Of a stretch of 64,000 nucleotides of DNA, positions 32,701 through 44,700 are shown in pieces. The DNA comes from Rebecca billardiae RCC1528. Lineage: Eukaryota; Protista; Haptophyta. Location: positions 1 through 64,000 of the forward strand of contig OZ251242.1 of the NCBI GenBank assembly GCA_965240325.2, in the 5' to 3' direction. The notes beneath the pieces were generated by a model. The model saw only the letters and a list, made by a program, of their open reading frames with translations. It did not search any database and was not told the origin of the DNA. How positions within the stretch are numbered: position 1 is the first letter of the stretch; each line of letters begins with the position of its first letter. The translations under genes and the position numbers were made by a program.

Positions 32701-35700
32701 CCGCCTTCGCCGCCGCCGAGCCCGCCGCCGAGCCCGCCGCCGAGCCCACCGCCGTCTCCTCCGCCGAGCCCACCCCCTTCCCCGCCGCCGTCCCCGCCGC
32801 CGTCTCCGCCGCCGTCGCCGCCACCTTCGCCGCCGCCCAGCCCGCCGCCCAGCCCGCCTCCATCGCCGCCGCCTTCGCCGCCGCCATCACCACCACCGTC
32901 GCCGCCGCCGTCGCCACCTCCGCCCAGCCCGCCGCCGAGCCCGCCGCCGAGCCCGCCGCCGAGCCCGCCGCCGAGCCCGCCGCCAAGCCCACCGCCGTCG
33001 CAGCCACCGTCGCCGCCGCCCTCGCCGCCGCCGAGCCCGCCGCCCAGCCCGCCGCCTTCGCCACCGCCGAGCCCGCCGCCGAGCCCGCCTCCCAGCCCGC
33101 CGCCGTCGCCTCCGCCGCCCAGCCCACCGCCCAGCCCGCCGCCCTCCCCGCCACCGAGCCCGCCGCCGAGCCCGCCACCTTCGCCGCCGCCATCGCCACC
33201 ACCGAGCCCGCCGCCCAGCCCGCCGCCCTCGCCGCCGCCGTCCCCGCCGCCGAGCCCGCCACCTTCGCCACCGCCCAGCCCGCCGCCCAGCCCGCCCCCG
33301 ATGCCGCCGCCATCGCCGCCGCCATCGCCACCGCCGTCGCCGCCGCCCTCACCACCTCCGCCCAGCCCACCGCCCAGCCCGCCGCCGAGCCCGCCGCCGA
33401 GCCCGCCGCCGAGCCCGCCTCCGAGCCCGCCGCCGAGTCCGCCACCGTCGCCGCCGCCGTCGCCGCCGCCCAGTCCGCCGCCCAGCCCACCGCCGTCGCC
33501 CCCGCCGAGCCCGCCGCCAAGCCCGCCTCCCAGCCCGCCGCCGTCGCCGCCGCCGCCCAGCCCGCCACCGAGCCCGCCGCCCTCCCCGCCGCCGAGCCCT
33601 CCGCCGAGCCCGCCACCGTCCCCGCCGCCGTCGCCGCCACCATCGCCGCCACCGTCTCCGCCGCCCAGCCCGCCGCCCAGCCCGCCCCCGGCGCCGCCGC
33701 CCTCGCCACCGCCCTCACCACCACCGTCGCCGCCGCCGTCGCCACCTCCGCCCAGCCCGCCGCCGAGCCCGCCGCCCAGTCCGCCGCCGAGCCCGCCGCC
33801 GAGCCCGCCGCCCAGCCCACCGCCGTCGCCGCCGCCGTCGCCGCCGCCCTCGCCGCCGCCAAGCCCGCCGCCCAGCCCGCCGCCGTCGCCACCGCCAAGT
33901 CCACCGCCGAGCCCGCCTCCCAGCCCGCCGCCGTCGCCCCCGCCGCCCAGCCCACCGCCCAGCCCGCCACCTTCGCCGCCACCGAGCCCGCCGCCGAGCC
34001 CGCCACCTTCGCCGCCGCCATCGCCACCACCGAGCCCGCCGCCCAGCCCGCCGCCCTCGCCGCCGCCGTCCCCGCCGCCGAGCCCGCCACCTTCGCCACC
34101 GCCCAGCCCGCCGCCCAGCCCGCCCCCGATGCCGCCGCCATCGCCGCCGCCATCGCCACCGCCGTCGCCGCCGCCCTCACCACCTCCGCCTAGCCCACCG
34201 CCCAGCCCGCCGCCGAGCCCGCCGCCGAGCCCGCCGCCGAGCCCGCCTCCGAGCCCGCCGCCGAGTCCGCCACCGTCGCCGCCGCCGTCGCCGCCGCCCA
34301 GTCCGCCGCCCAGCCCACCGCCGTCGCCCCCGCCGAGCCCGCCGCCAAGCCCGCCTCCCAGCCCGCCGCCGTCGCCGCCGCCGCCCAGCCCGCCACCGAG
34401 CCCGCCGCCCTCCCCGCCGCCGAGCCCTCCGCCGAGCCCGCCACCGTCCCCGCCGCCGTCGCCGCCACCATCGCCGCCACCGTCTCCGCCGCCCAGCCCG
34501 CCGCCCAGCCCGCCCCCGGCGCCGCCGCCCTCGCCACCGCCCTCACCACCACCGTCGCCGCCGCCGTCGCCACCTCCGCCCAGCCCGCCGCCGAGCCCGC
34601 CGCCCAGTCCGCCGCCGAGCCCGCCGCCGAGCCCGCCGCCCAGCCCACCGCCGTCGCCGCCGCCGTCGCCGCCGCCCTCGCCGCCGCCAAGCCCGCCGCC
34701 CAGCCCGCCGCCGTCGCCACCGCCAAGTCCACCGCCGAGCCCGCCTCCCAGCCCGCCTCCGTCGCCCCCGCCGCCCAGCCCACCGCCCAGCCCGCCACCT
34801 TCGCCGCCACCGAGCCCGCCGCCGAGCCCGCCACCTTCGCCGCCGCCATCGCCACCACCGAGCCCGCCGCCCAGCCCGCCGCCCTCGCCGCCGCCGTCCC
34901 CGCCGCCGAGCCCGCCACCTTCGCCACCGCCCAGCCCGCCGCCCAGCCCGCCCCCGATGCCGCCGCCATCGCCGCCGCCGTCGCCACCGCCGTCGCCGCC
35001 GCCTTCGCCACCTCCGCCCAGCCCACCGCCCAGCCCGCCGCCGAGCCCGCCGCCGAGCCCGCCGCCAAGCCCGCCGCCGAGCCCGCCGCCGAGTCCGCCA
35101 CCGTCGCCGCCGCCGTCGCCGCCGCCCAGTCCGCCGCCCAGCCCACCGCCGTCGCCCCCGCCGAGCCCGCCGCCAAGCCCGCCTCCCAGCCCGCCGCCGT
35201 CGCCGCCGCCGCCCAGCCCGCCACCGAGCCCGCCGCCCTCCCCGCCGCCGAGCCCTCCGCCGAGCCCGCCACCGTCCCCGCCGCCGTCGCCGCCACCATC
35301 GCCGCCACCGTCTCCGCCGCCCAGCCCGCCGCCCAGCCCGCCCCCGGCGCCGCCGCCCTCGCCACCGCCCTCACCACCACCGTCGCCGCCGCCGTCGCCA
35401 CCTCCGCCCAGCCCGCCGCCGAGCCCGCCGCCCAGCCCGCCGCCGAGCCCGCCGCCGAGCCCACCGCCCAGCCCGCCGCCGTCGCCGCCGCCGTCGCCGC
35501 CGCCCTCGCCGCCGCCGAGCCCGCCGCCCAGCCCGCCGCCCAGCCCGCCGCCATTGCCGCCGCCAAGTCCGCCGCCGAGCCCGCCTCCGTCGCCGCCGCC
35601 AAGCCCGCCGCCGAGCCCGCCACCCAGTCCGCCGCCGTCGCCTCCACCACCCAGCCCACCGCCCAGCCCACCGCCCTCACCGCCACCGAGCCCGCCGCCC

Positions 35701-38700
35701 AGCCCGCCGCCCAGCCCGCCGCCCTCGCCGCCGCCGAGCCCTCCGCCGAGCCCGCCGCCTTCGCCCCCTCCATCTCCCCCACCGTCCCCGCCGCCGTCGC
35801 CGCCACCCAGCCCTCCGCCCAGCCCGCCGCCGGCGCCGCCGCCTTCGCCGCCACCATCGCCACCACCCTCGCCGCCGCCCTCGCCACCTCCGCCCAGCCC
35901 TCCGCCGAGCCCGCCGCCGAGCCCGCCGCCGAGCCCACCGCCCAGCCCGCCGCCCAGCCCGCCGCCGTCGCCGCCACCGTCGCCGCCGCCGTCGCCGCCA
36001 CCGAGTCCGCCACCCAGCCCACCGCCTTCGCCGCCGCCAAGCCCGCCGCCGAGCCCGCCACCCAGCCCGCCGCCGTCACCGCCGCCCCCCAGCCCGCCGC
36101 CCAGCCCTCCGCCTTCACCGCCACCGAGCCCGCCGCCCAGCCCTCCGCCGTCCCCGCCGCCATCGCCGCCTCCGAGCCCGCCGCCGAGCCCACCGCCAAG
36201 CCCGCCGCCGAGCCCGCCGCCAAGCCCGCCGCCGTCGCCGCCGCCGTCGCCGCCGCCCAGCCCGCCCCCGACGCCGCCGCCATCGCCGCCGCCGTCGCCG
36301 CCGCCATCGCCGCCGCCCTCACCACCTCCGCCTAGCCCACCGCCCAGCCCGCCGCCCAGCCCGCCGCCGAGCCCGCCGCCAAGCCCGCCGCCGAGCCCGC
36401 CGCCAAGCCCACCGCCGTCGCCGCCGCCGTCGCCGCCGCCCAGTCCTCCGCCCAGCCCACCGCCGTCGCCCCCGCCGAGCCCGCCGCCAAGCCCGCCTCC
36501 GAGCCCGCCGCCGTCGCCGCCGCCGCCCAGCCCGCCTCCGAGCCCGCCGCCTTCGCCGCCACCGAGCCCTCCGCCGAGCCCGCCGCCATCCCCGCCGCCG
36601 TCCCCGCCGCCGTCGCCGCCGCCCTCACCGCCGCCGAGCCCGCCGCCGAGCCCGCCTCCGGCGCCGCCGCCGTCGCCACCGCCGTCGCCACCACCGTCGC
36701 CACCGCCCTCACCACCTCCGCCGAGCCCGCCGCCAAGCCCACCGCCGAGCCCACCACCGAGCCCGCCCCCATCGCCGCCTCCGTCGCCGCCGCCGAGCCC
36801 ACCGCCACGCCCGCCACCGTCGCCGCCACCGTCTCCGCCGCCGTCCCCGCCGCCCAGCCCGCCACCATCGCCGCCGCCAAGCCCGCCGCCGAGCCCGCCG
36901 CCATCGCCGCCGCCGAGCCCACCGCCGAGCCCGCCACCCAGCCCGCCGCCATCGCCTCCGCCCCCCAGCCCACCGCCCAGCCCGCCGCCCTCACCGCCAC
37001 CGAGCCCTCCACCCAGCCCTCCGCCGTCCCCGCCGCCTTCGCCACCGCCGAGTCCCCCGCCGAGCCCGCCGCCGTCCCCGCCGCCGTCGCCGCCGCCGTC
37101 GCCGCCACCCTCTCCGCCACCAAGCCCGCCGCCCAGCCCGCCGCCGGCGCCGCCGCCCTCGCCGCCACCATCGCCACCACCGTCGCCACCGCCGTCGCCA
37201 CCTCCACCCAGCCCTCCGCCGAGCCCGCCGCCGAGCCCGCCGCCGAGCCCACCGCCCAGCCCGCCGCCCAGCCCGCCGCCAAGCCCGCCGCCGTCGCCGC
37301 CGCCGTCGCCGCCGCCCAGTCCTCCGCCCAGCCCACCGCCGTCGCCCCCGCCGAGCCCGCCGCCAAGCCCGCCTCCGAGCCCGCCGCCGTCGCCGCCGCC
37401 GCCCAGCCCGCCACCGAGCCCGCCGCCTTCTCCGCCGCCGAGCCCGCCGCCGAGCCCGCCGCCTTCCCCGCCGCCGTCCCCGCCGCCATCGCCGCCACCC
37501 TCTCCGCCACCAAGCCCGCCGCCCAGCCCGCCGCCTGCGCCGCCGCCGTCGCCGCCACCATCGCCACCACCCTCGCCGCCGCCCTCACCACCTCCGCCCA
37601 GCCCGCCGCCATCGCCGCCGCCGAGCCCGCCGCCGAGCCCACCGCCGAGCCCGCCGCCGAGCCCGCCACCGTCGCCGCCACCGTCGCCGCCGCCCTCGCC
37701 GCCGCCGAGTCCGCCGCCCAGCCCACCGCCTTCGCCACCGCCGAGCCCGCCGCCGAGCCCACCGCCAAGCCCGCCGCCGTCGCCGCCGCCACCTAGCCCA
37801 CCGCCCAGCCCTCCGCCCTCACCGCCACCGAGCCCGCCGCCAAGCCCGCCGCCGTCCCCGCCGCCGTCCCCGCCGCCGTCGCCGCCGCCCTCACCGCCCC
37901 CGAGCCCGCCGCCGAGCCCGCCTCCGGCGCCGCCGCCGTCGCCACCGCCGTCGCCACCACCGTCGCCACCGCCCTCACCACCTCCGCCGAGCCCGCCGCC
38001 AAGCCCACCGCCGAGCCCACCACCGAGCCCGCCCCCATCGCCGCCTCCGTCGCCGCCGCCGAGCCCTCCGCCCAGCCCGCCACCGTCGCCGCCACCGTCT
38101 CCGCCGCCGTCCCCGCCGCCCAGCCCGCCACCATCGCCGCCGCCAAGCCCGCCGCCGAGCCCGCCGCCATCGCCCCCGCCGAGCCCACCGCCGAGCCCGC
38201 CACCCAGCCCGCCGCCATCGCCTCCGCCCCCCAGCCCACCGCCCAGCCCTCCGCCCTCACCGCCACCGAGCCCTCCACCCAGCCCACCGCCGTCCCCGCC
38301 GCCCTCGCCGCCGCCGAGCCCACCGCCGAGCCCACCGCCTTCGCCCCCTCCATCTCCCCCACCGTCCCCGCCGCCGTCGCCGCCACCCAGCCCGCCGCCC
38401 AGCCCGCCGCCGGCGCCGCCGCCTTCGCCGCCACCATCGCCACCACCCTCGCCGCCGCCCTCGCCGCCTCCGCCCAGCCCTCCGCCCAGCCCGCCGCCGA
38501 GCCCGCCACCGAGCCCACCGCCAAGCCCGCCGCCGAGCCCGCCGCCAAGCCCGCCGCCGTCGCCGCCGCCGTCGCCGCCGCCCAGTCCTCCGCCCAGCCC
38601 ACCGCCGTCGCCCCCGCCGAGCCCGCCGCCAAGCCCGCCTCCGAGCCCGCCGCCGTCGCCGCCGCCGCCCAGCCCGCCACCGAGCCCGCCGCCTTCTCCG

Positions 38701-41700
38701 CCGCCGAGCCCGCCGCCGAGCCCGCCGCCTTCCCCGCCGCCGTCCCCGCCGCCATCGCCGCCACCCTCTCCGCCACCAAGCCCGCCGCCCAGCCCGCCGC
38801 CTGCGCCGCCGCCCTCGCCGCCACCATCGCCACCACCCTCGCCGCCGCCCTCACCACCTCCGCCCAGCCCACCGCCATCGCCGCCGCCGAGCCCGCCGCC
38901 GAGCCCACCGCCCAGCCCGCCGCCGAGCCCGCCGCCGTCGCCGCCACCGTCGCCGCCGCCGTCCCCGCCGCCGAGTCCGCCGCCCAGCCCACCGCCTTCG
39001 CCACCGCCGAGCCCGCCGCCGAGCCCACCGCCAAGCCCGCCGCCGTCGCCGCCACCACCTAGCCCACCACCCAGCCCGCCGCCCTCACCGCCACCGAGCC
39101 CGCCGCCCAGCCCGCCGCCGTCCCCGCCGCCGTCTCCGCCGCCGTCGCCGCCGCCCTCACCGCCGCCGAGCCCGCCGCCGAGCCCGCCTCCGGCGCCGCC
39201 GCCGTCGCCACCGCCGTCGCCACCACCGTCGCCACCGCCCTCACCACCTCCGCCGAGCCCGCCGCCAAGCCCACCGCCGAGCCCACCACCGAGCCCGCCC
39301 CCATCGCCGCCTCCGTCGCCGCCGCCGAGCCCACCGCCACGCCCGCCACCGTCGCCGCCACCGTCTCCGCCGCCGTCCCCGCCGCCCAGCCCGCCACCAT
39401 CGCCGCCGCCAAGCCCGCCGCCGAGCCCGCCGCCATCGCCCCCGCCGAGCCCACCGCCGAGCCCGCCACCCAGCCCGCCGCCATCGCCTCCGCCCCCCAG
39501 CCCACCGCCCAGCCCTCCGCCCTCACCGCCACCGAGCCCTCCACCCAGCCCTCCGCCGTCCCCGCCACCCTCGCCGCCGCCGAGCCCTCCGCCGAGCCCC
39601 CCGCCATCCCCGCCGCCGTCGCCGCCTCCGTCGCCGCCACCGTCTCCGCCGCCGAGCCCGCCGCCCAGCCCGCCGCCGGCGCCGCCGCCTTCGCCACCGC
39701 CGTCACCACCACCGTCGCCGCCGCCCTCACCACCCCCGCCCAGCCCTCCGCCCAGCCCGCCGCCGAGCCCGCCCCCGAGCCCACCGCCAAGCCCGCCGCC
39801 CAGCCCGCCGCCGTCGCCGCCGCCGTCGCCGCCGCCCTCGCCGCCGCCGAGCCCGCCGCCCAGCCCGCCGCCTTCGCCGCCGCCGAGCCCGCCGCCAAGC
39901 CCGCCCCCCAGCCCGCCGCCGTCGCCGCCGCCGCCCAGCCCGCCACCGAGCCCGCCGCCCTCCCCGCCGCCGAGCCCTCCGCCGAGCCCCCCTCCGTCCC
40001 CGCCGCCGTCGCCGCCACCATCGCCGCCACCGTCTCCGCCGCCGAGCCCGCCGCCCAGACCGCCCCCGGCGCCGCCACCCTCGCCACCGCCCTCACCACC
40101 ACCGTCGCCGCCGCCGTCGCCACCTCCGCCAAGCCCGCCGCCAAGCCCACCGCCGAGCCCACCGCCGAGCCCGCCCCCATCGCCGCCACCGTCTCCGCCG
40201 CCGTCCCCGCCGCCCAGCCCGCCACCATCGCCGCCGCCAAGCCCGCCGCCGAGCCCGCCGCCATCGCCGCCGCCGAGCCCACCGCCGAGCCCGCCACCCA
40301 GCCCGCCGCCGTCGCCGCCGCCCCCCAGCCCACCGCCCAGCCCTCCGCCCTCACCGCCGCCGAGCCCGCCGCCCAGCCCGCCGCCCAGCCCGCCGCCCTT
40401 GCCGCCGCCGAGCCCTCCGCCGAGCCCCCCGCCATCCCCGCCGCCGTCGCCGCCTCCGTCGCCGCCACCGTCTCCGCCGCCGAGCCCGCCGCCCAGCCCG
40501 CCCCCGACGCCGCCACCCTCGCCACCACCATCACCACCACCGTCGCCGCCGCCGTCGCCACCTCCGCCCAGCCCGCCGCCAAGCCCGCCGCCCAGCCCGC
40601 CGCCGAGCCCGCCGCCAAGCCCGCCGCCAAGCCCGCCGCCCTCGCCGCCACCGTCGCCGCCGCCCTCGCCGCCGCCGAGTCCGCCGCCCAGCCCGCCGCC
40701 CAGCCCGCCGCCATTGCCACCGCCAAGCCCGCCGCCGAGCCCGCCACCGTCGCCGCCACCAAGCCCGCCTCCGAGCCCGCCGCCAAGCCCACCGCCGTCG
40801 CCTCCGCCACCCAGCCCACCGCCCAGCCCACCGCCCTCACCGCCACCGAGCCCGCCGCCCAGCCCGCCGCCCAGCCCGCCGCCCTCGCCGCCGCCGAGCC
40901 CTCCGCCGAGCCCGCCGCCTTCGCCCCCTCCATCTCCCCCACCGTCCCCGCCGCCGTCGCCACCACCCAGCCCTCCGCCCAGCCCGCCGCCGGCGCCGCC
41001 GCCTTCGCCGCCACCATCGCCACCACCCTCGCCGCCGCCCTCGCCACCTCCGCCCAGCCCTCCGCCGAGCCCACCGCCAAGCCCGCCGCCGAGCCCGCCG
41101 CCCTCCCCGCCCCCGAGCCCGCCCCCGAGCCCGCCACCGTCACCGCCGCCGAGTCCGCCGCCGAGCCCGCCGCCCAGCCCACCGCCGGCCCCGCCGCCCT
41201 CTCCGCCACCTAGCCCGCCGCCTTCACCGCCGCCGTCGCCGCCCCCGTCTCCGCCGCCTAGCCCGCCACCCAGCCCACCGCCGTCGCCACCGCCAAGCCC
41301 GCCGCCAAGCCCGCCCCCTAGCCCACCTCCATCGCCGCCCCCGCCCAGCCCGCCGCCGAGCCCCCCGCCTTCGCCGCCGCCGAGCCCGCCGCCAAGCCCG
41401 CCGCCGTCTCCGCCCCCGTCGCCACCGCCAAGCCCTCCGCCGAGCCCGCCGCCGTCCCCACCGCCATTCCCGCCGCCGTCGCCGCCACCATCACCGCCGC
41501 CCAGCCCGCCGCCCAGTCCGCCCCCGGCGCCGCCGCCCTCGCCGCCACCATCGCCACCGCCATCACCGCCGCCGTCGCCGCCGCCGCCGAGCCCGCCGCC
41601 CAGCCCGCCGCCGAGCCCGCCACCGTCGCCGCCGCCGAGTCCGCCGCCGAGTCCGCCGCCATCGCCGCCTCCTGTGCCGCCACCGTCGCCGCCGCCAAGC

Positions 41701-44700
41701 CCACCACCCAGCCCACCGCCGAGCCCACCGCCAAGCCCGCCGCCCAGCCCACCACCCAGCCCGCCACCGTCGCCGCCGCCACCCAGCCCACCGCCCAGCC
41801 CTCCGCCATCGCCTCCACCGAGCCCGCCTCCTAGCCCGCCGCCGTCACCACCGCCGTCGCCGCCACCCTCACCACCGCCCTCGCCGCCGCCGAGCCCGCC
41901 GCCGAGCCCGCCGCCCGCGCCGCCGCCATCGCCGCCGCCGTCACCACCACCTTCGCCGCCGCCCTCACCACCTCCGCCGAGCCCGCCGCCGAGCCCGCCG
42001 CCGAGCCCGCCGCCGAGCCCGCCGCCGAGCCCGCCGCCGAGCCCGCCGCCGTCACCGCCACCGTCGCCGCCGCCCTCGCCGCCGCCGAGCCCACCGCCCA
42101 GCCCGCCACCCAGCCCGCCGCCGAGCCCGCCGCCGAGCCCACCGCCAAGCCCGCCGCCGTCGCCGCCACCACCCAGCCCACCGCCCAGCCCTCCGCCCTC
42201 ACCGCCGCCGAGCCCGCCCCCGAGCCCGCCGCCGTCGCCGCCGCCATCGCCTCCGCCGAGCCCCCCGCCTTCGCCGCCGCCTTCCCCGCCGCCATCGCCG
42301 CCACCGGCGCCGCCGCCATCGCCGCCTCCGAGCCCGCCACCGTCCCCGCCGCCATCTCCGCCGCCGCCGAGCCCACCGCCGAGCCCACCACCGAGCCCGC
42401 CGCCGAGCCCGCCACCGTCTCCACCTCCGAGCCCGCCGCCAAGCCCGCCGCCGAGCCCGCCGCCTTCGCCCCCGCCCAGCCCGCCCCCAAGCCCTCCGCC
42501 ATCGCCGCCGCCGAGCCCACCGCCGAGCCCACCGCCCAGCCCGCCTCCGTCACCGCCGCCGCCCAGCCCACCGCCCAGCCCACCGCCCAGTCCACCGCCA
42601 TCCCCGCCTCCGTCGCCTCCACCATCGCCACCGCCGTCCCCGCCGCCGTCGCCACCTCCGTCGCCTCCACCGAGCCCGCCACCCAGCCCGCCCCCGGCGC
42701 CGCCGCCCTCGCCGCCGCCGAGCCCGCCGCCGTCACCTCCGCCGTCGCCGCCCCCGCCGAGCCCGCCACCGAGCCCGCCGCCTTCGCCGCCCCCGTCGCC
42801 ACCACCATCGCCCCCGCCCAGCCCGCCGCCCAGCCCTCCGCCATCGCCACCGCCCAGCCCGCCGCCCAGCCCGCCGCCCAGCCCTCCGCCATCGCCACCG
42901 CCCAGCCCGCCGCCCAGCCCGCCGCCCAGCCCGCCGCCCAGCCCGCCGCCCCCCAGCCCACCGCCCAGTCCTCCGCCGTCACCGCCGCCGAGCCCGCCCC
43001 CGAGCCCGCCGCCGTCGCCGCCGCCATCGCCTCCGCCGAGCCCTCCGCCTTCGCCGCCGCCTTCCCCACCGCCATCGCCGCCACCGGCGCCGCCGCCATC
43101 GCCGCCTCCGTCACCGCCACCGTCTCCGCCGCCATCTCCGCCGCCGCCGAGCCCCCCGCCGAGCCCACCACCGAGCCCGCCGCCGAACCCGCCACCGTCT
43201 CCACCTCCGAGCCCGCCGCCAAGCCCGCCGCCGAGCCCGCCGCCTTCGCCCCCGCCCAGCCCGCCCCCAAGCCCTCCGCCATCGCCACCGCCGAGCCCAC
43301 CGCCGAGCCCACCGCCCAGCCCGCCTCCGTCACCGCCGCCGCCCAGCCCACCGCCCAGTCCACCGCCCAGTCCACCGCCATCCCCGCCTCCGTCGCCTCC
43401 ACCATCGCCACCGCCGTCCCCGCCGCCGTCGCCACCTCCGTCGCCTCCACCGAGCCCGCCACCCAGCCCGCCCCCGGCGCCGCCGCCCTCGCCGCCGCCG
43501 AGCCCGCCGCCGTCACCTCCGCCGTCGCCGCCCCCGCCGAGCCCGCCACCGAGCCCGCCGCCGAGCCCGCCACCGAGCCCGCCGCCCAGCCCGCCGCCGA
43601 GCCCGCCGCCGTCACCGCCACCGTCGCCGCCGCCCTCGCCGCCGCCGAGCCCGCCGCCCAGCCCGCCACCCAGCCCGCCGCCCAGCCCGCCGCCCAGCCC
43701 GCCGCCCAGCCCGCCGCCGTCGCCGCCACCCCCCAGCCCACCGCCCAGCCCTCCGCCGTCACCGCCGCCGAGCCCGCCCCCGAGCCCGCCGCCGTCGCCG
43801 CCGCCATCGCCTCCGCCGAGCCCGCCGCCTTCGCCGCCGCCTTCCCCGCCGCCATCGCCGCCACCGGCGCCGCCGCCATCGCCGCCTCCGAGCCCGCCAC
43901 CGTCCCCGCCGCCATCTCCGCCGCCGCCGAGCCCACCGCCGAGCCCACCACCGAGCCCGCCGCCGAGCCCGCCACCGTCTCCACCTCCGAGCCCGCCGCC
44001 AAGCCCGCCGCCGAGCCCGCCGCCTTCGCCCCCGCCCAGCCCGCCCCCAAGCCCTCCGCCATCGCCACCGCCGAGCCCACCGCCGAGCCCACCGCCCAGC
44101 CCGCCTCCGTCACCGCCGCCGCCCAGCCCACCGCCCAGCCCACCACCCAGTCCACCGCCATCCCCGCCTCCGTCGCCTCCACCATCGCCACCGCCGTCCC
44201 CGCCGCCATCGCCACCACCGTCGCCTCCACCGAGCCCGCCACCCAGCCCGCCCCCGGCGCCGCCGCCCTCGCCGCCGCCGAGCCCGCCGCCGTCACCTCC
44301 GCCGTCGCCGCCCCCGCCGAGCCCGCCACCGAGCCCGCCGCCGAGCCCGCCACCGAGCCCGCCGCCCAGCCCGCCGCCGAGCCCGCCGCCGTCACCGCCA
44401 CCGTCGCCGCCGCCCTCGCCGCCGCCGAGCCCGCCGCCCAGCCCGCCACCCAGCCCGCCGCCCAGCCCGCCGCCCAGCCCGCCGCCCAGCCCGCCGCCCA
44501 GCCCGCCGCCCCCCAGCCCACCGCCCAGCCCTCCGCCATCACCGCCACCGAGCCCGCCTCCGAGCCCGCCGCCGTCACCACCACCGTCGCCGCCACCCTC
44601 ACCACCGCCCTCGCCGCCGCCGAGCCCGCCGCCGAGCCCGCCGCCCGCGCCACCGCCATCGCCGCCGCCGTCACCACCACCTTCGCCGCCGCCCTCACCA